Positions 28,697 to 41,655 of a stretch of 64,000 nt of DNA are shown piece by piece. Position 1 is the stretch's first letter. Every line of letters begins with the position of its first letter. The notes under the pieces were generated by a model. It saw nothing but the letters and a program-made list of their open reading frames with translations, was not told the DNA's origin and searched no databases. The DNA is from Candidatus Eremiobacteria bacterium (GTDB taxonomy: Bacteria > Vulcanimicrobiota > Vulcanimicrobiia > Vulcanimicrobiales > Vulcanimicrobiaceae), in the NCBI GenBank assembly GCA_963737065.1, contig CAVTRC010000001.1:1664001-1728000 (forward strand), written 5' to 3'. A program made the translations under genes and the position numbers.

Positions 28697-29272
28697 ATGC
28701 GAGTAGGGCTGACGGGTGGCATCGGATCGGGCAAGAGCGAGGTCGCCCGAATCTTTGAAGAACTCGGCGCATTCATCATCGACACGGACGTGCTCGCACG
28801 CGAGGCGGTTGCCCCGCGTTCGGACGGCTTGATGGCTATAGCGCGCGCATGGCCGGGCGTCGTGCGCAGCGGCGCACTCGACCGTACCGCGCTCGCCGAA
28901 ATCGTCTTTAGCGACCGTAAAGCGCGCGAGCGTTTGAACTCGATCGTGCATCCATTCGTGCGGCGATTGGCGCGCGAGCGTGAGAAACACTCGCATCCGG
29001 GGCAACTCATCGTACATGTGGTCCCGCTGCTTTTTGAGACCGGTTACGGAGCGCTCGTCGATAAATCCGTGCTCGTCGTTTCACCGCTCGACGAACGCAT
29101 CGCGCGTGTGGTACAGCGCGATCACGTCGACGAAGCCCACGTACGCGCGCGAATGGTGACGCAAGTCGATCCCGAGCAAGCGCGTAAAGTCGCCGACTAT
29201 GTAATCGAAAACGACGGCAACCTCGGCCATTTGCGGGAACGGACGACTCGCGTTTACCGGGAGCTCGTGTAG
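28697..29272 (+). CDS. coaE: Dephospho-CoA kinase
   Basis: VGLTGGIGSGKS, IDTD, LNSIVHP and VPLLFE motifs. Confidence 0.95.
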   Translation: MRVGLTGGIGSGKSEVARIFEELGAFIIDTDVLAREAVAPRSDGLMAIARAWPGVVRSGALDRTALAEIVFSDRKARERLNSIVHPFVRRLAREREKHSHPGQLIVHVVPLLFETGYGALVDKSVLVVSPLDERIARVVQRDHVDEAHVRARMVTQVDPEQARKVADYVIENDGNLGHLRERTTRVYRELV

Positions 29273-29278
29273 CGCACG

Positions 29279-31147
29279 ATGCTTTACGACGATCTCGGTG
29301 CGCACCGTCGAACCATTGATGGCGTTGACGGCGTCGAATTTGCGGTGTGGGCTCCGAGCGCGAGCGCCGCGTCCGTCGTCGGCGACTTCAACGGCTGGCA
29401 TCGCGATGCAAATCCGATGCATGTCGAGCATGCGCGCGGCATTTGGCACGCGTTCGTCCCGGTCGCGCGCGTAGGGCACCGCTATAAGTACGCGGTGCGC
29501 TCGCAACACGGGCATTGGCTCCCGCTCAAAGCAGACCCGTTCGCGTTCGAAAGCGAGTTGCGGCCGAGCACCGCGTCGGTTGTTGCGGATCTTCCGCATC
29601 GAGACCCGGATGCATGGCTCGACCGTCGCGAGTCGGAACAGCGGCGCGAATCGCCGATTGCGATTTACGAAGTGCACCCCGGTTCATGGCGTCGGGTGCC
29701 CGAAGAAGGGAACCGGTTTCTCACGTACGACGAACTCGCGGATCAGCTCATTCCGTATGTCAAATGGATGGGGTTCACGCACGTTGAGTTCATGCCCGTC
29801 TCGGAACATCCGTTTGATGGATCGTGGGGGTATCAGCCGATCGGGCTGTTCGCGCCGACCTCGCGCTTCGGCACGCCCGATGGGTTTCGCCGGTTCGTCG
29901 ACCGCGCGCACAGCGAAGGCATCGGCATCATCCTCGATTGGGTCGCCGGACATTTCCCGAACGACGAACACGGTCTTGCGCTCTTTGACGGCACGCATCT
30001 CTACGAACACGCCGATCCGCGCCAAGGGTGGCATCCCGATTGGGATACGTACATCTTCAACTTCGGGCGTCACGAAGTCGCGGACTATCTGATTGACAAC
30101 GCGATCTTCTGGCTGCGCGAATATGAGATCGACGGATTGCGCGTCGACGCCGTTGCGTCGATGCTGTATCTCGACTATAGCCGAAAAGCCGGCGAATGGG
30201 TTCCGAACCGGTACGGCGGACGCGAGAACCTCGAAGCGATCGACTTTTTGAAGCGGATGAACGAGACCGTGTATCGCGAGATGCCCGGCATCATGACGAT
30301 TGCGGAAGAGTCGACGGCCTGGCCGAAGGTTTCGGCGCCGACGTATCTCGGCGGACTCGGGTTCGGCTACAAATGGAACATGGGCTGGATGCACGACACG
30401 CTGCAGTACATGTCGCACGAGCCGGTGCATCGTAAGTACCACATGAACGAGCTGACGTTTTCTCTTGTCTACGCATGGGACGAAAATTTCGTCCTTCCGC
30501 TCTCGCACGATGAAGTCGTGCACGGCAAAGGCTCCATTCTGTCGAAGATGCCGGGCGACGACTGGCAGAAGTTCGCGAACGTTCGTTTGTTATATGCGTA
30601 TATGTACGCGCACCCGGGCAAGAAGCTGCTTTTCATGGGCGACGAGTTCGCGCAGTGGCGCGAGTGGAATCACGACCGCAGTCTGGAGTGGGATTGCGTA
30701 CACAGCGGTTTTCACGGCGGCGTCCAGCGGCTGGTGCGTGATTTGAATCAATTGTATACGTCGCTGCCGCCGTTGTACGAAAGGGACGCGTATCGCGACG
30801 GCTTCGAATGGATCGATTATCAGGATGTCGAGAATTCGGTCATTTCGTTCGTACGCAAGGGGAACGACTTCAAGGCCGACTTTGTCGTTATCGCGTGCAA
30901 CTTCACCCCGGTCGTACGCCACTGCTACCGCATCGGCGTCCCCGACGCGCTCGCATATGACGAAGTCCTGAACACGGACGCGGCGATCTATGCGGGCAGC
31001 AACGTCGGCAATCTCGGACGCGTCGAAGTCGAACGGGTAACGTCGCACGGGCGCGCGCAATCGATTGCGCTCACGGTTCCTCCGCTCGCCGCGGTCTATC
31101 TGCGTCCGGTACTCGCGGATTCGCGCGTTGAGCGCGAATCCATATGA
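29279..31147 (+). CDS. glgB: 1,4-alpha-glucan branching enzyme (short N-terminus)
   Basis: [28 protein letters not shown] and [10 protein letters not shown] motifs. Confidence 0.97.
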   Translation: MLYDDLGAHRRTIDGVDGVEFAVWAPSASAASVVGDFNGWHRDANPMHVEHARGIWHAFVPVARVGHRYKYAVRSQHGHWLPLKADPFAFESELRPSTASVVADLPHRDPDAWLDRRESEQRRESPIAIYEVHPGSWRRVPEEGNRFLTYDELADQLIPYVKWMGFTHVEFMPVSEHPFDGSWGYQPIGLFAPTSRFGTPDGFRRFVDRAHSEGIGIILDWVAGHFPNDEHGLALFDGTHLYEHADPRQGWHPDWDTYIFNFGRHEVADYLIDNAIFWLREYEIDGLRVDAVASMLYLDYSRKAGEWVPNRYGGRENLEAIDFLKRMNETVYREMPGIMTIAEESTAWPKVSAPTYLGGLGFGYKWNMGWMHDTLQYMSHEPVHRKYHMNELTFSLVYAWDENFVLPLSHDEVVHGKGSILSKMPGDDWQKFANVRLLYAYMYAHPGKKLLFMGDEFAQWREWNHDRSLEWDCVHSGFHGGVQRLVRDLNQLYTSLPPLYERDAYRDGFEWIDYQDVENSVISFVRKGNDFKADFVVIACNFTPVVRHCYRIGVPDALAYDEVLNTDAAIYAGSNVGNLGRVEVERVTSHGRAQSIALTVPPLAAVYLRPVLADSRVERESI

Positions 31148-33267
31148 GGGTCCTCGGCCGCGCCGCAGTTCTTCCCGGGCGCCCCTATCCGCTTGGCGCG
31201 ACATGGGACGGCAGCGGCGTCAACTTCGCGCTCTTCTCCGAAAACGCGGAGAAGGTCGAGTTGTGCATGTTCGATTCGCGCGGCGTTCGCGAATTGCGGC
31301 GCGTCGTCTTACCGGAGTATACCGATCAAGTCTGGCACGGGTATCTCCCGGAGATCGAACGCGGCACGCTCTACGGCTATCGTGTCTATGGCCCATACGA
31401 TCCCGACCGCGGCCAACGCTTCAACCATCACAAGCTGCTGCTCGATCCGTATGCAAAGCAATTCTATGGGCACGTGCGATGGACCGATGCAAACTTCGGC
31501 TATCGTCTAGGCTCGTCGCGTGGCGATCTGTCGTTCGACCGGCGCGATAACGCGGCAGCAATGCCGAAATGCGTCGTCGTCGATACCGCATTCACCTGGG
31601 GTGACGATCGCCGGCTCTACACGCGCTGGCACGAATTGATCGTCTACGAATTACACGTCCGCGGCTATACGATCAAGCATCCAATGGTCTCGCCCGAATT
31701 GCGCGGCACCTTCGCCGGCCTTTCAACGCCGTCGATCGTCGAATACCTCGTCCGGCTCGGCATCAACGCGGTCGAATTGATGCCGGTTCAAGCGTTCGTC
31801 GACGACCGTCATCTGGTGGAACGGCGTTTGCGCAACTACTGGGGCTACAATTCCATCGGCTTCTTCGCCCCCGATCCGCGGTACCTGTCCGGGACGTCGC
31901 TCGGGGAATTCAAGACGATGGTCAAGCGGTTGCACGAAGCGGGAATCGAAGTGATTCTCGACGTTGTTTACAATCACACTGCGGAAGGCAATCATCTCGG
32001 ACCCACGCTGTCGTTTCGAGGCATCGACAATAAAAGCTATTACCGCCTCGATAACGGGCGATACTACGTCGATTACACGGGATGCGGCAACACGTTGAAT
32101 TTGGCGCATCCGCGCACATTGCAGCTCGTGACCGATTCGATGCGCTATTGGGTCAATGAAATGCACGTCGACGGATTCCGTTTCGATCTTGCGCCCGCGC
32201 TCGGCCGGCGCGAAGGCAGCTTCGCGCAATCGAGCGCATTTCTCAACGCGGTGCAGCAAGATCCGGTGTTATCGCGCGTCAAATTGATCGCCGAGCCGTG
32301 GGACCTTTCGCCGGGCGGATATCAACTCGGCAATTTCCCACCCGGGTGGTCCGAATGGAACGATCGCTATCGCGACTCGGTGCGGCGCTTCTGGCAAGGC
32401 AATGACGGCATGATCCCGGAAGTTGCATCGCGCTTGACCGGATCGAGCGACATCTTCGATCACGACGGGCGCCGGCCGCGCTCGAGCATCAACTTCGTCA
32501 CCGTGCACGACGGATTTACGCTTAACGATCTTGTCAGTTACAACGAGAAACACAACGAAGCGAATCTGGAAGGTAATCACGACGGCACGTCGGCGAACTA
32601 TAGCTGGAACTGCGGCATCGAAGGACCGACCCACGACGTCGCCGTGAGCCACCTTCGCGCGCAGCAGAAACGCAATCTGCTCGCGACGCTCTTGCTCTCG
32701 CAAGGTGTGCCGATGCTCCTCGCCGGGGACGAGTTGAGCAACACGCAGTACGGAAATAACAACGCGTACTGCCAAGACAACGAAATCGGCTGGATTTCTT
32801 GGACTGACGTTACGTTCGATCCCGAACTCGTCGATTTCGTGCGCGACTTGATCGATCTGCGAAAAATGCATCCCGTCTTCAGGCGGCCGCAGTTCTTCCA
32901 CGGAACCGCAACCGGACCGAGCAATCTGAAAGACATCACCTGGATCAATCCTTCCGGTACGGAAATGACCGAAAGCGACTGGCATAACGGTTCCGTTCGG
33001 GTACTGGGCGCGATGCTCGGCGGTGACACCGGCGACCGCTTCGTGAGCCTTCGCGGCTATCCGGAGTTCGACGAAACGTTTTTGCTGCTCATGAACGCGC
33101 ACGATCATGACATCACGTTCACATTGCCCGCTCTTCCGTCGTTTCACGGCTGGAAGCTCTTGATCGACACGACCTGGCCGCTACCCCTCGCGCCCGATAC
33201 GCGGTTTCTTCCAAACGCAGGGTTCTCGCTGCGTTCGCGTACGACCGCACTGCTCGTTGCCGAGTGA
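31144..33267 (+). CDS. glgX: Glycogen debranching enzyme (isoamylase)
   Basis: [30 protein letters not shown] and HDGFTLNDL motifs. Confidence 0.97.
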   Translation: MRVLGRAAVLPGRPYPLGATWDGSGVNFALFSENAEKVELCMFDSRGVRELRRVVLPEYTDQVWHGYLPEIERGTLYGYRVYGPYDPDRGQRFNHHKLLLDPYAKQFYGHVRWTDANFGYRLGSSRGDLSFDRRDNAAAMPKCVVVDTAFTWGDDRRLYTRWHELIVYELHVRGYTIKHPMVSPELRGTFAGLSTPSIVEYLVRLGINAVELMPVQAFVDDRHLVERRLRNYWGYNSIGFFAPDPRYLSGTSLGEFKTMVKRLHEAGIEVILDVVYNHTAEGNHLGPTLSFRGIDNKSYYRLDNGRYYVDYTGCGNTLNLAHPRTLQLVTDSMRYWVNEMHVDGFRFDLAPALGRREGSFAQSSAFLNAVQQDPVLSRVKLIAEPWDLSPGGYQLGNFPPGWSEWNDRYRDSVRRFWQGNDGMIPEVASRLTGSSDIFDHDGRRPRSSINFVTVHDGFTLNDLVSYNEKHNEANLEGNHDGTSANYSWNCGIEGPTHDVAVSHLRAQQKRNLLATLLLSQGVPMLLAGDELSNTQYGNNNAYCQDNEIGWISWTDVTFDPELVDFVRDLIDLRKMHPVFRRPQFFHGTATGPSNLKDITWINPSGTEMTESDWHNGSVRVLGAMLGGDTGDRFVSLRGYPEFDETFLLLMNAHDHDITFTLPALPSFHGWKLLIDTTWPLPLAPDTRFLPNAGFSLRSRTTALLVAE

Positions 33268-33270
33268 TCG

Positions 33271-35223
33271 ATGATAAACGAACTGCTCGCGTACGCCGGA
33301 ATCGAAGATGACTACGCTGACGCGTTCGGTCGCCGTGCGAATGTGAGCGTTGAGAGTAAGCTGCTCATTCTCAATGCGCTTGGCTATGCCGTTACCGACG
33401 ATGCGAGCGCGGCTCGCGTTCTGCACGATGCGTGGGTCACGGACCGGCTGCATCCGATCAAGCCCGTCTACGTGGTGCGCGAGCACGATGCTGATTCATG
33501 GCCGCTTCCGCTCCGCGAAGCGCTCGATCCCAAAAGCGCACCCGGATACTACGATCTCGAGATCGCAAAGGAGACGACGCGGGCGATCGTGGCGCCCCGT
33601 CAAGCCTACGTCGCGCCCGGCGTAGAGCGCGCTCGCATCTGGGGTCCGAGCGCGCAACTCTACGCACTGCGCTCCCCGAACAACTGGGGCATCGGCGACT
33701 TCGGCGATCTGCGTTCGCTCGCCACGCTCGCGAAGCGGACCGGCGGGTCGTTGATAGGGATCAGCCCGCTCCATCAACTGCATCTCACGAATCCGGAAGC
33801 GGCCAGTCCTTACGCACCGCTCAGCCGCGGTTACCTCAACGCGCTCTACATCGACGTCGCCGCAGCCGCCGGTGAATTTTCCGTCACCGTCGACGGCTCT
33901 GCCGCCCCAAGACTTCGCGCCGCCGACTTCGTGGATTACGCGGGCGTCGCGCGCGCAAAGCTCGCGGCCCTTCAAACGATCTTCGAAGCGATTGACGTCG
34001 AGCGTGAAATCGACGACTTCGTCGCGCGCGCGCCCGGTGTTCGCGCGATGGCGATCTACGAAGCGATAATGGAAGTGCTGACGCACCGCGATCCGGCGAT
34101 CCGCACTTGGATGCAGTGGCCGGCGGAGTTGCGCGATCGAAATAGCGGCGCGGTTGCAGTCTTCGCGCAGACGCACGAACCGCGCGTGCGTTTTTACCTG
34201 TTTCTGCAGTGGCTCGCGGACCGGCAACTCGCGCGCGCGGCCAGTGAAGCCTCCGGTATGACGATCGGTTTGTACCGCGATCTCGCGGTCGGCGTCGATC
34301 TCGCAAGCGCCGACGTGTGGTCTGAGCCCGATGCGTATGCGTTCGGCCTTTCCGTCGGTGCGCCGCCCGATGCGCTCAATACCTCCGGACAGAACTGGGG
34401 ATTACCGCCGCTGCATCCGCGCGCTCTCGTCGCGCGTGCATACGGACCGTTGATCTCGCTGCTGCGCGCGAACATGCGCCATGCGGGTGCGCTGCGCATC
34501 GATCATGTGATGGGACTCAAGCGCCTGTTTTGTATCCCGCGCGAACGTCCGGCAGGCGGCGGCGCGTACGTGAACTACGATTTCGAAGCGATGCTGGGCA
34601 TCGTGGCGCTCGAATCGCATCTGCAGCGATGCATGGTGATCGGCGAAGACCTTGGGACCGTTCCGCAGGGATTCCGCGAACGGCTCGCGCCCGAACGTAT
34701 TTTTTCTTGCCGCGTGCTGCTTTTCGAGCGCGACGATGAGTCATTTCGTCCACCGGGCGAGTATCCGGCGGACTCCGTTGCGAGCGCCGGAACGCATGAC
34801 TTGCCCACGCTCGCCGGGTGGTGGACCGGTACGGATATCGACACGCGCGAGCGGCTCGGATGGATTGATGCGGGAACCGCACGCGAGGAGCGCGACGAGC
34901 GCGAACGTTCGCGCGCGCAGCTCGTGCGAGCGCTTCGCGACGCCGGCTGTCTCGCAGAGGCACAAGACCCGGACGAGAGCACACTGCTTGCGGCGACACA
35001 CCGCTTTCTTGCGCGCACGGATTCGCGCGTGGTACTCGCGCAACTCGAGGACTTGCTCGGACAGCACGAACAAGTCAACGTCCCGGGAACGACCACTGAA
35101 GAACCGAATTGGAGACGGAAGCTCGCCTTGCCAATCGACGCATTCGAAGGCAACGATACGTTTGCCGACGCCGTGCGCATCATGCGCGAGGAGCGGCCGC
35201 TGAATCGGGAGGTCGTAGCATGA
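33271..35223 (+). CDS. malQ: 4-alpha-glucanotransferase (GH77)
   Basis: [37 protein letters not shown] and GTHDLPT motifs. Confidence 0.95.
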   Translation: MINELLAYAGIEDDYADAFGRRANVSVESKLLILNALGYAVTDDASAARVLHDAWVTDRLHPIKPVYVVREHDADSWPLPLREALDPKSAPGYYDLEIAKETTRAIVAPRQAYVAPGVERARIWGPSAQLYALRSPNNWGIGDFGDLRSLATLAKRTGGSLIGISPLHQLHLTNPEAASPYAPLSRGYLNALYIDVAAAAGEFSVTVDGSAAPRLRAADFVDYAGVARAKLAALQTIFEAIDVEREIDDFVARAPGVRAMAIYEAIMEVLTHRDPAIRTWMQWPAELRDRNSGAVAVFAQTHEPRVRFYLFLQWLADRQLARAASEASGMTIGLYRDLAVGVDLASADVWSEPDAYAFGLSVGAPPDALNTSGQNWGLPPLHPRALVARAYGPLISLLRANMRHAGALRIDHVMGLKRLFCIPRERPAGGGAYVNYDFEAMLGIVALESHLQRCMVIGEDLGTVPQGFRERLAPERIFSCRVLLFERDDESFRPPGEYPADSVASAGTHDLPTLAGWWTGTDIDTRERLGWIDAGTAREERDERERSRAQLVRALRDAGCLAEAQDPDESTLLAATHRFLARTDSRVVLAQLEDLLGQHEQVNVPGTTTEEPNWRRKLALPIDAFEGNDTFADAVRIMREERPLNREVVA

Positions 35224-37718
35224 GAGCCGTGGTGATGGCTGGAGGAGAGGGATCGCGCCTGCGACCGCTGACCTCGCGACGTCCGAAGCCGCTTGCACCG
35301 ATCGCCAATCGGCCCGTAATGCATCATATCGTCGAACTGCTCCGCTCGCACGGGATCACGGATATCGTTGCGACCTTGCACTACCTCGCGGACGAGATCG
35401 AGTCGTACTTTGCGGACGGCTCGGCGTTGGGCGTGACCATGCGTTACGTCGTCGAGGACACGCCGCTCGGCACTGCGGGCGCGGTGAAGATGGCCGAGGA
35501 GTTTTTGCGCGGTGAGACGTTCATCATCATCTCGGGCGACGCGATGACCGATCTCGACGTTGCCTCGCTAATCGAAGCGCATCGCGCGGCAAAGAATGAT
35601 GCGACGATTGCACTCTGGCGCGTGAGCAATCCGCTCGAATTCGGCGTCGTGATTACCGACGACGACGGTCAGATTACACGGTTTATGGAGAAACCGTCGT
35701 GGGGCGAAGTCTTCTCCGACACGATCAACACCGGCATCTACGTGCTCGAGCCGGCGATTCTCGACTACATGGAAGCCGGAAAGAATTACGATTTTTCCAA
35801 GGATCTCTTCCCCCGAATGCTTCGCGACGGAAAACGACTCGGCGGTCATATCGTCTCCGACTACTGGGCCGACGTCGGAAACTTGCAGCAATACCAACAA
35901 GCAAATTACGACGCGGTCTCCGGCGTTGTACGAACGCAGCGTCCGCCGTTCGAACTGCGCCCGCAGGTATGGGCCGGTGCCGATTGCCAGATCGATCCGA
36001 CCGCAACGATCGAAGGTCCGGTCGAAATCGGCGACCGCGTGAAGATTGGTCCGGATGTCGCGATCGAAGGGCCGGCATGCATCGGCAATGATGTGATCCT
36101 CGAAACCGGCGCTACCGTGCGCCGTTCGGTGTTGTGGGAAAACGTCTACATCGGCGCGGATGCCGAACTCGAAGACTGCACGATTGCAAACCGCTCGATC
36201 GTCAAGGAACGCGCAAGCATCGGCGAAGGCACCGTCGTCGGCGAACGATGCACGATCGGTGCATCGGCGATCGTTCGTCCGCACCTGAAGCTGTGGCCCG
36301 AGAAAAACGTTAGCTCGGGATCGATCGTGTCGATGTCGCTGATTTACGGAATCAAGTGGCCCGGTTCGCTCTTCGGCGGTGAAGGCGTCACGGGGCTTGC
36401 GAACCTTGAAATCACGCCGGAGTTCGCGCTGAAGCTGGGCCAAGCGTTCGGGTCGTTCTTGCGGCCCGGCGAGAGCGTAATGACGAGCCGCGACACGCAC
36501 CCGTCGAGCCGTATCATGAACCGTTGCGTGATCTCGGGACTGCTGAGCGTCGGCGTCAACGTGGAAGACTTGCGGTCGTTCCCGCTGCCGCTATCGCGGT
36601 TTGCGACGCGCAACGGCGGAGAAGGCTGCGTGCATACGCGCGTTGCGCCGAATGACGATCGCTCGCTTCTCTTCGAATTCTTCGACCGCAGCGGCATCAA
36701 CGTCGACAAAGCCACGGAACGGAAGATCGAAAATTTATTTTTCCGCGAGGATTTCCGCCGCGTGAGCATGGACGATGTCGGCCGGTTGAATTTTCCCGCG
36801 CGAGCGCTTGAAAATTACACGAGTGCGTTTCTCTCCGCACTCGCACCGGCGGCGTTGCAGGACCGTCGCTTCCGCATCGTCGCGGACTACGCGTACGGCA
36901 ATGCGGCGCTCGTGCTCCCCCGGATACTCAGCAACCTGAACATCGATACGATCGCGCTCAACGCGTACTTCGACGACAATCGCGTCGGTACGCCTAACGA
37001 CGATCGCGAGCATCTGCTCGAACGACTGAGCGGCATCGTTTGCACGCTGCGCGCCGATCTCGGTCTGCTGCTCGACCACGACGGTGAAACGTTTGCCGTC
37101 GTTGACGATAAGGGGCGCGTGATCGATCACAACGAGCTCATTGCGTTGCTGACGCTCATGGTCGTGCGCGCGGGCGCTAAGACGATTGCCGTCCCCGTCA
37201 TGGCCCCGACGGCAATCGATGAGATCGCCAGAGAGTACGGCGCGACGGTCATTCGCGCGCGCAGCGACCGGCGCTCGCTGATGGCGCTTGCCGAGTCGCA
37301 GGGAAAGGATCTTGCGTTCGCCGGCAGTGCAAATTATGAAGTGATTTTTCCCGAGATGCACCCGGCGTTCGATGCGTTGTACGGTTCGGCAAAACTGATG
37401 GATCTGCTCGCGCGCGAGGGCCGCCCGCTGAGCGAACTCGTCGATATGTTGCCGTCCTGGCATCTTGCGACGGTCCGCGTACCGTGCCCGTGGGAACACA
37501 AGGGCCGTGTCATGCGAACGCTCATCGCCGAACAGAAACGCAACGAGATCGAACTGTTCGAAGGCCTGCGCGTCAAACGTGACGGCGGCTGGGTGCTCGT
37601 GCTCCCCGATTCAACCGATCCGACGTTCACCGTCTACGCGGAAGCGCCAAGCGACGGCGACGCGACCGCTTACGCGGAACGTATGGGCACCCGCATCGAA
37701 GAACTCGTAAATGCCTAG
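35220..37718 (+). CDS. Mannose-1-phosphate guanylyltransferase-like NTP transferase / beta-helix / phosphomannomutase-like fusion
   Basis: [13 protein letters not shown]...PKP, PLGTAG and [10 protein letters not shown]; hexapeptide repeats; C-terminal PGM/PMM-type region with degenerate catalytic motifs. Confidence 0.88.
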   Translation: MRAVVMAGGEGSRLRPLTSRRPKPLAPIANRPVMHHIVELLRSHGITDIVATLHYLADEIESYFADGSALGVTMRYVVEDTPLGTAGAVKMAEEFLRGETFIIISGDAMTDLDVASLIEAHRAAKNDATIALWRVSNPLEFGVVITDDDGQITRFMEKPSWGEVFSDTINTGIYVLEPAILDYMEAGKNYDFSKDLFPRMLRDGKRLGGHIVSDYWADVGNLQQYQQANYDAVSGVVRTQRPPFELRPQVWAGADCQIDPTATIEGPVEIGDRVKIGPDVAIEGPACIGNDVILETGATVRRSVLWENVYIGADAELEDCTIANRSIVKERASIGEGTVVGERCTIGASAIVRPHLKLWPEKNVSSGSIVSMSLIYGIKWPGSLFGGEGVTGLANLEITPEFALKLGQAFGSFLRPGESVMTSRDTHPSSRIMNRCVISGLLSVGVNVEDLRSFPLPLSRFATRNGGEGCVHTRVAPNDDRSLLFEFFDRSGINVDKATERKIENLFFREDFRRVSMDDVGRLNFPARALENYTSAFLSALAPAALQDRRFRIVADYAYGNAALVLPRILSNLNIDTIALNAYFDDNRVGTPNDDREHLLERLSGIVCTLRADLGLLLDHDGETFAVVDDKGRVIDHNELIALLTLMVVRAGAKTIAVPVMAPTAIDEIAREYGATVIRARSDRRSLMALAESQGKDLAFAGSANYEVIFPEMHPAFDALYGSAKLMDLLAREGRPLSELVDMLPSWHLATVRVPCPWEHKGRVMRTLIAEQKRNEIELFEGLRVKRDGGWVLVLPDSTDPTFTVYAEAPSDGDATAYAERMGTRIEELVNA

Positions 37719-37733
37719 CCGGCGCGACGAAGA

Positions 37734-39020
37734 TTACGCGCGTTCAGACATGAAGGCGACCTTCGCATCGAGCACGTCGAGAACGTTCGGCCACGAGAAT
37801 TGGCGTGCGGTGACCGGTGCGTTTTCCCGGATTCGGTGTTGGATCGCGGTGTCGTCGAAGAGGCGGTCGAGATAGGTCGCGAGCTCGAGCGGATCGCTCG
37901 TGTCGCAGACGATCGCGTTATCGAACGCGCGCGCGTAATCTTCGCCGGTGGAACCGCACACCGCGATGCCGCCCGCTGCCATGACTTCCAATCCGACGAG
38001 CCCGAAGGGCTCTTTGCCGCTGTTGGCGAGTACCGCGTCAACCGCGCCGTAGAGCGTGTAGAGCATCGTATCGGGAAGGAAGCTGCGCACGTTGACGATG
38101 TCGGCTTTCGATGCAGCGAGGGTATCGCCGATCGCTTCAACGGTCGGCGATTCGAAGGAAACGTCTTCAATCGTCAATCCGCGTTGCGCCGCGCGCTCGA
38201 ATACGACGCCTGCGTATGGTTCTTTTCCGCCGCGCACGACGAGTTGCACGCGGATACCGTCGTCGCGAAGGTCAGCGACCGCGTCGATTGCTTGCAGCCA
38301 TCGTTTGTCCGGGTCGAACCGTCCGACTTTCAGCAGCATATGCCGCCCATCGAAGAGACGCCGGAGATAGGCAACGTCGCTCGCGCGCACTTCATCGAAT
38401 ATCCGTTCCGGAATGCCGTTCGGAATGACGAGCGATTCCGCGCCGCGTAACGCGAGTTCGAATTTCATGTAGCGGCTCACGCACGTGATGTGCGCGGCTT
38501 GGGCAAGCGCCGCAAAGTCGATCCTCTCGAACCCATAGGTGTTGTTCGCATTCCAGACGATCGTCGCCGCTTCACGTAACGCCGCGCGGCGCAGTATCGC
38601 ATCGAGCCCAAGAACGGCAGGCACGACTTGCCAGTCTTCCGCAAGGACGAGCACGCGTTCGTTGCGCGCAACGGCAGGTTCGATCATATTTGCGAGAAGG
38701 TACGGCGGAACGCTGGAACCGTAGTCGTTGATCTTGCCCCACTCGCCGTCATATACGCCTTGCGGGTGGTACGCTGAGATCCACTGCCCCCAGCGGCGCA
38801 ACGTCAGCCGCTCGCGTGTCTGCTCGACCGGCGGTAGCGACGGATCACCGACGTAAATGAGCTCGGTGTCGAAGCCCGCGTCGGCAAGCGCGACCGTGAG
38901 TTCCGATGCCCGTACGCCAAGACCGCCGACCATCGCATAGCGATCCGGTCCTTCAAATGACAGCACGGCGGCGCGTCGCGGTAGATGCGGATAACGTGCC
39001 ATGCGCACGTATCTACCCAT
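37734..39020 (-). CDS. Glycosyltransferase family 4
   Basis: VGGLG, IPNGI, VGRFDPDKR and EPFGLVGLEVMAAG motifs. Confidence 0.9.
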   Translation of the reverse strand: MGRYVRMARYPHLPRRAAVLSFEGPDRYAMVGGLGVRASELTVALADAGFDTELIYVGDPSLPPVEQTRERLTLRRWGQWISAYHPQGVYDGEWGKINDYGSSVPPYLLANMIEPAVARNERVLVLAEDWQVVPAVLGLDAILRRAALREAATIVWNANNTYGFERIDFAALAQAAHITCVSRYMKFELALRGAESLVIPNGIPERIFDEVRASDVAYLRRLFDGRHMLLKVGRFDPDKRWLQAIDAVADLRDDGIRVQLVVRGGKEPYAGVVFERAAQRGLTIEDVSFESPTVEAIGDTLAASKADIVNVRSFLPDTMLYTLYGAVDAVLANSGKEPFGLVGLEVMAAGGIAVCGSTGEDYARAFDNAIVCDTSDPLELATYLDRLFDDTAIQHRIRENAPVTARQFSWPNVLDVLDAKVAFMSERA

Positions 39021-41655
39021 ACTCCGAACGCTGTTCGATCAGTTTCGCGACGAGCGCAGTCCAGCCGGTTTGATGGCTTGCGCCGAGTCCCTTACCGGTA
39101 TCGCCGTGGAAGTATTCATAGAACGGGATCAGATCGCGCCAATGGGGATCGCGATTGAATTTGTCTACGCCGCCAAACACCGGGCGATTACCGTTGGCAT
39201 CGGGTAGAAAAATGTCGACCATACGCGATGACAGCAACGAGGCGACCTGCCAAAGGTCCATCATTTGTCCGCTTCCCGTCGGACATTCGATTTGCGCCCC
39301 GTCGCCCAGATAATAATGAAAACGCTGCAGCGCTTCGATCAACAAGAAATTCAACGGAAACCATACCGGGCCGCGCCAGTTCGAGTTTCCGCCGAAAACG
39401 CCGCTGGTCGATTCTCCCGGTTCGTAGTCGACGCGATATTGACGACCGTCGAGGCTCAGAACGAACGGATGCGTTGCATGATAACGAGAGAGGCTTCGAA
39501 CGCCGTACGGGCTCAAGAAACCCGACTCATCGAGGACCTTTTGCAAAATTCGCAGCCCTTGATCGCGATCGACGATCGAGAGCAAACGGCGTTCGCCGAC
39601 GCCCGGCTCGGTCATGCTTGCGACGTTCTGGGCGAGCTTCGGACGTTTTGCGATGAACCACTCGAGACGCCGTTTGAACTTCGGCAACGCATCGAGTTGC
39701 TCGGGCTCGACGATTTGTACGGCGAAGAGCGGCAGGATACCGACGACTGAGTAGATCTTCATCGGAATCGTGCGGCCGTCGTCGCACATGAGCATGTCGT
39801 AGTAGAAGCCGTCCTCCTCGTTCCACAAGCCGTGCCCGCCGAGGCGGTTCATCGCATCGGCGATGTAGAGAAAATGCTCGAAGAATTTCGTCGCGATATC
39901 TTCGTAGACGGGATTGTGGAGCGCGAGTTCGATCGCGATGGCGAGCATATTGAGCGTGTAGATTCCCATCCAGCTCGTGCCGTCCGATTGATTGAGAAAT
40001 TCGCCGCCCGGCAACGGCGCGCTCCGATCGAATACACCGATGTTGTCCAAGCCCAGAAAGCCGCCTTGAAAAACGTTGTTGCCCTGCGCGTCTTTGCGAT
40101 TGACCCACCATGTGAAGTTTAGCAACAGTTTCTGGAACATGCGTTCGAGAAATGCAACGTCGCCGTGTCCGCGTTCTTTTTGTTCGATTTGGTATACGCG
40201 AAGCGCGGCCCACGCGTGCACGGGCGGGTTCACGTCGTTGAATGCCCACTCGTACGCCGGCACTTGGCCGTTCGGATGCATGAACCACTCGCGCTTGAGC
40301 AGGATCAGTTGGTTCTTGGCAAACTCCGGATCGATCACCGCAAACGCAACGCAATGAAAGGCGAGGTCCCACGCGGCGAACCACGGGTACTCCCACGTAT
40401 CGGGCATCGACATGACTTCCGCCGCGTCGAAATGCGTCCAGTCGTGGTTGCGTCCCAACAGCCGTTGCGCGGGCGGCTGCGGCTGCATCGGATCGCCGTC
40501 AAGCCATCGCCAAACGTTATAGTGATAGAATTGCTTCGACCAGAGCAATCCCGCAAACGCTTGGCGTTGCACGCGCCGCGCCTCCGCATCGGCGCGAAAG
40601 GGATTGATCCCATCGTAGAATCGGTCGGCATCGTCGATGCGCTTCTCAAAAGCGGCATCGAAGGCAGCATCAAATGGACGATCGCGCGGCGTGTCGCTCA
40701 GCCGCAACTTCACCGTTCGACGTTCGCCGCCGCCGAGCGAAAGCGGATAGTGGGCGCTTACTTTTGTCCCGTGCGCGTCGGGGTTTACCGCATTCGTATC
40801 GCCATGAACGATGAAGCGTTCGATCCCGTCCTTCACATAGGGGCTGCGGTTTGCGATGCCCCACAGCGCTTGAAAATTCGTCTCGTTCTCGGTGAAGAGC
40901 ATCCGCGCGGGCGCGTCCGCGTAAAAATAATAGTCGCCCAGATCGGCGTGGTGCGCGAGGAGATGCGCGCACTCCGTCGTTATGCTGCGTTGCACGATCG
41001 ACGGGCGCTCGATCCCCTCGCGCCACGACCACTCATTGCGAAACCATAGCGTCGGCAACACATGTAAATCGTGCGGCTCGTTCGAGCGGTTCGTCGCCGT
41101 GATACGGATCAAGATGTCGTCCGGCGACGCTTTCGCGTATTCGACTTCAACATCGAAGTAGCGGTCTTCATCGAAAACGCTCGTATCGATCAACTCGTAT
41201 TCCGGATCGAGACGCGTGCGTCGGCGGTTCTCATCCAAGAGCTGACGATACGGAAAGGGCGCGTGCGCATATTTGTAGAGCGCGCGCATGTATGAGTGCG
41301 AGGGCAGGTTATCGAGGAAGAAATAATATTCTTTTACGTCCTCGCCGTGGTTGCCCTGATTGCCGGTGAGCCCGAAGAACCGGTCCTTCAGCCGATCGTC
41401 GGCACCGTTCCACAGCGCGATCGCAAAACACAGATGCTGGCTCGCATCGGAGATGCCGAAGATGCCGTCTTCGCCCCAGCGGTACGCGCGCTTCGATGCC
41501 ATGTCGAACGGGAAGTACTCCCACGCCTCGCCGGTCGCGCTATAGTCCTCGCGCACCGTTCCCCATTGGCGGTCGCTGACGTACGGGCCCCACCGCCACC
41601 ACGGTGCGCTCGTATCGGCGAGCCGCTCGCGTTCCGGATTCTCCGAGTTGTTCAT
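39013..41655 (-). CDS. GH63 / MGH1-like glycoside hydrolase (glucosidase)
   Basis: WGPYVSDRQWGTVREDYS, WEYPWFAAWDLAFH, NWRGPVW and GASHQTGWT motifs. Confidence 0.9.
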   Translation of the reverse strand: MNNSENPERERLADTSAPWWRWGPYVSDRQWGTVREDYSATGEAWEYFPFDMASKRAYRWGEDGIFGISDASQHLCFAIALWNGADDRLKDRFFGLTGNQGNHGEDVKEYYFFLDNLPSHSYMRALYKYAHAPFPYRQLLDENRRRTRLDPEYELIDTSVFDEDRYFDVEVEYAKASPDDILIRITATNRSNEPHDLHVLPTLWFRNEWSWREGIERPSIVQRSITTECAHLLAHHADLGDYYFYADAPARMLFTENETNFQALWGIANRSPYVKDGIERFIVHGDTNAVNPDAHGTKVSAHYPLSLGGGERRTVKLRLSDTPRDRPFDAAFDAAFEKRIDDADRFYDGINPFRADAEARRVQRQAFAGLLWSKQFYHYNVWRWLDGDPMQPQPPAQRLLGRNHDWTHFDAAEVMSMPDTWEYPWFAAWDLAFHCVAFAVIDPEFAKNQLILLKREWFMHPNGQVPAYEWAFNDVNPPVHAWAALRVYQIEQKERGHGDVAFLERMFQKLLLNFTWWVNRKDAQGNNVFQGGFLGLDNIGVFDRSAPLPGGEFLNQSDGTSWMGIYTLNMLAIAIELALHNPVYEDIATKFFEHFLYIADAMNRLGGHGLWNEEDGFYYDMLMCDDGRTIPMKIYSVVGILPLFAVQIVEPEQLDALPKFKRRLEWFIAKRPKLAQNVASMTEPGVGERRLLSIVDRDQGLRILQKVLDESGFLSPYGVRSLSRYHATHPFVLSLDGRQYRVDYEPGESTSGVFGGNSNWRGPVWFPLNFLLIEALQRFHYYLGDGAQIECPTGSGQMMDLWQVASLLSSRMVDIFLPDANGNRPVFGGVDKFNRDPHWRDLIPFYEYFHGDTGKGLGASHQTGWTALVAKLIEQRSEYG

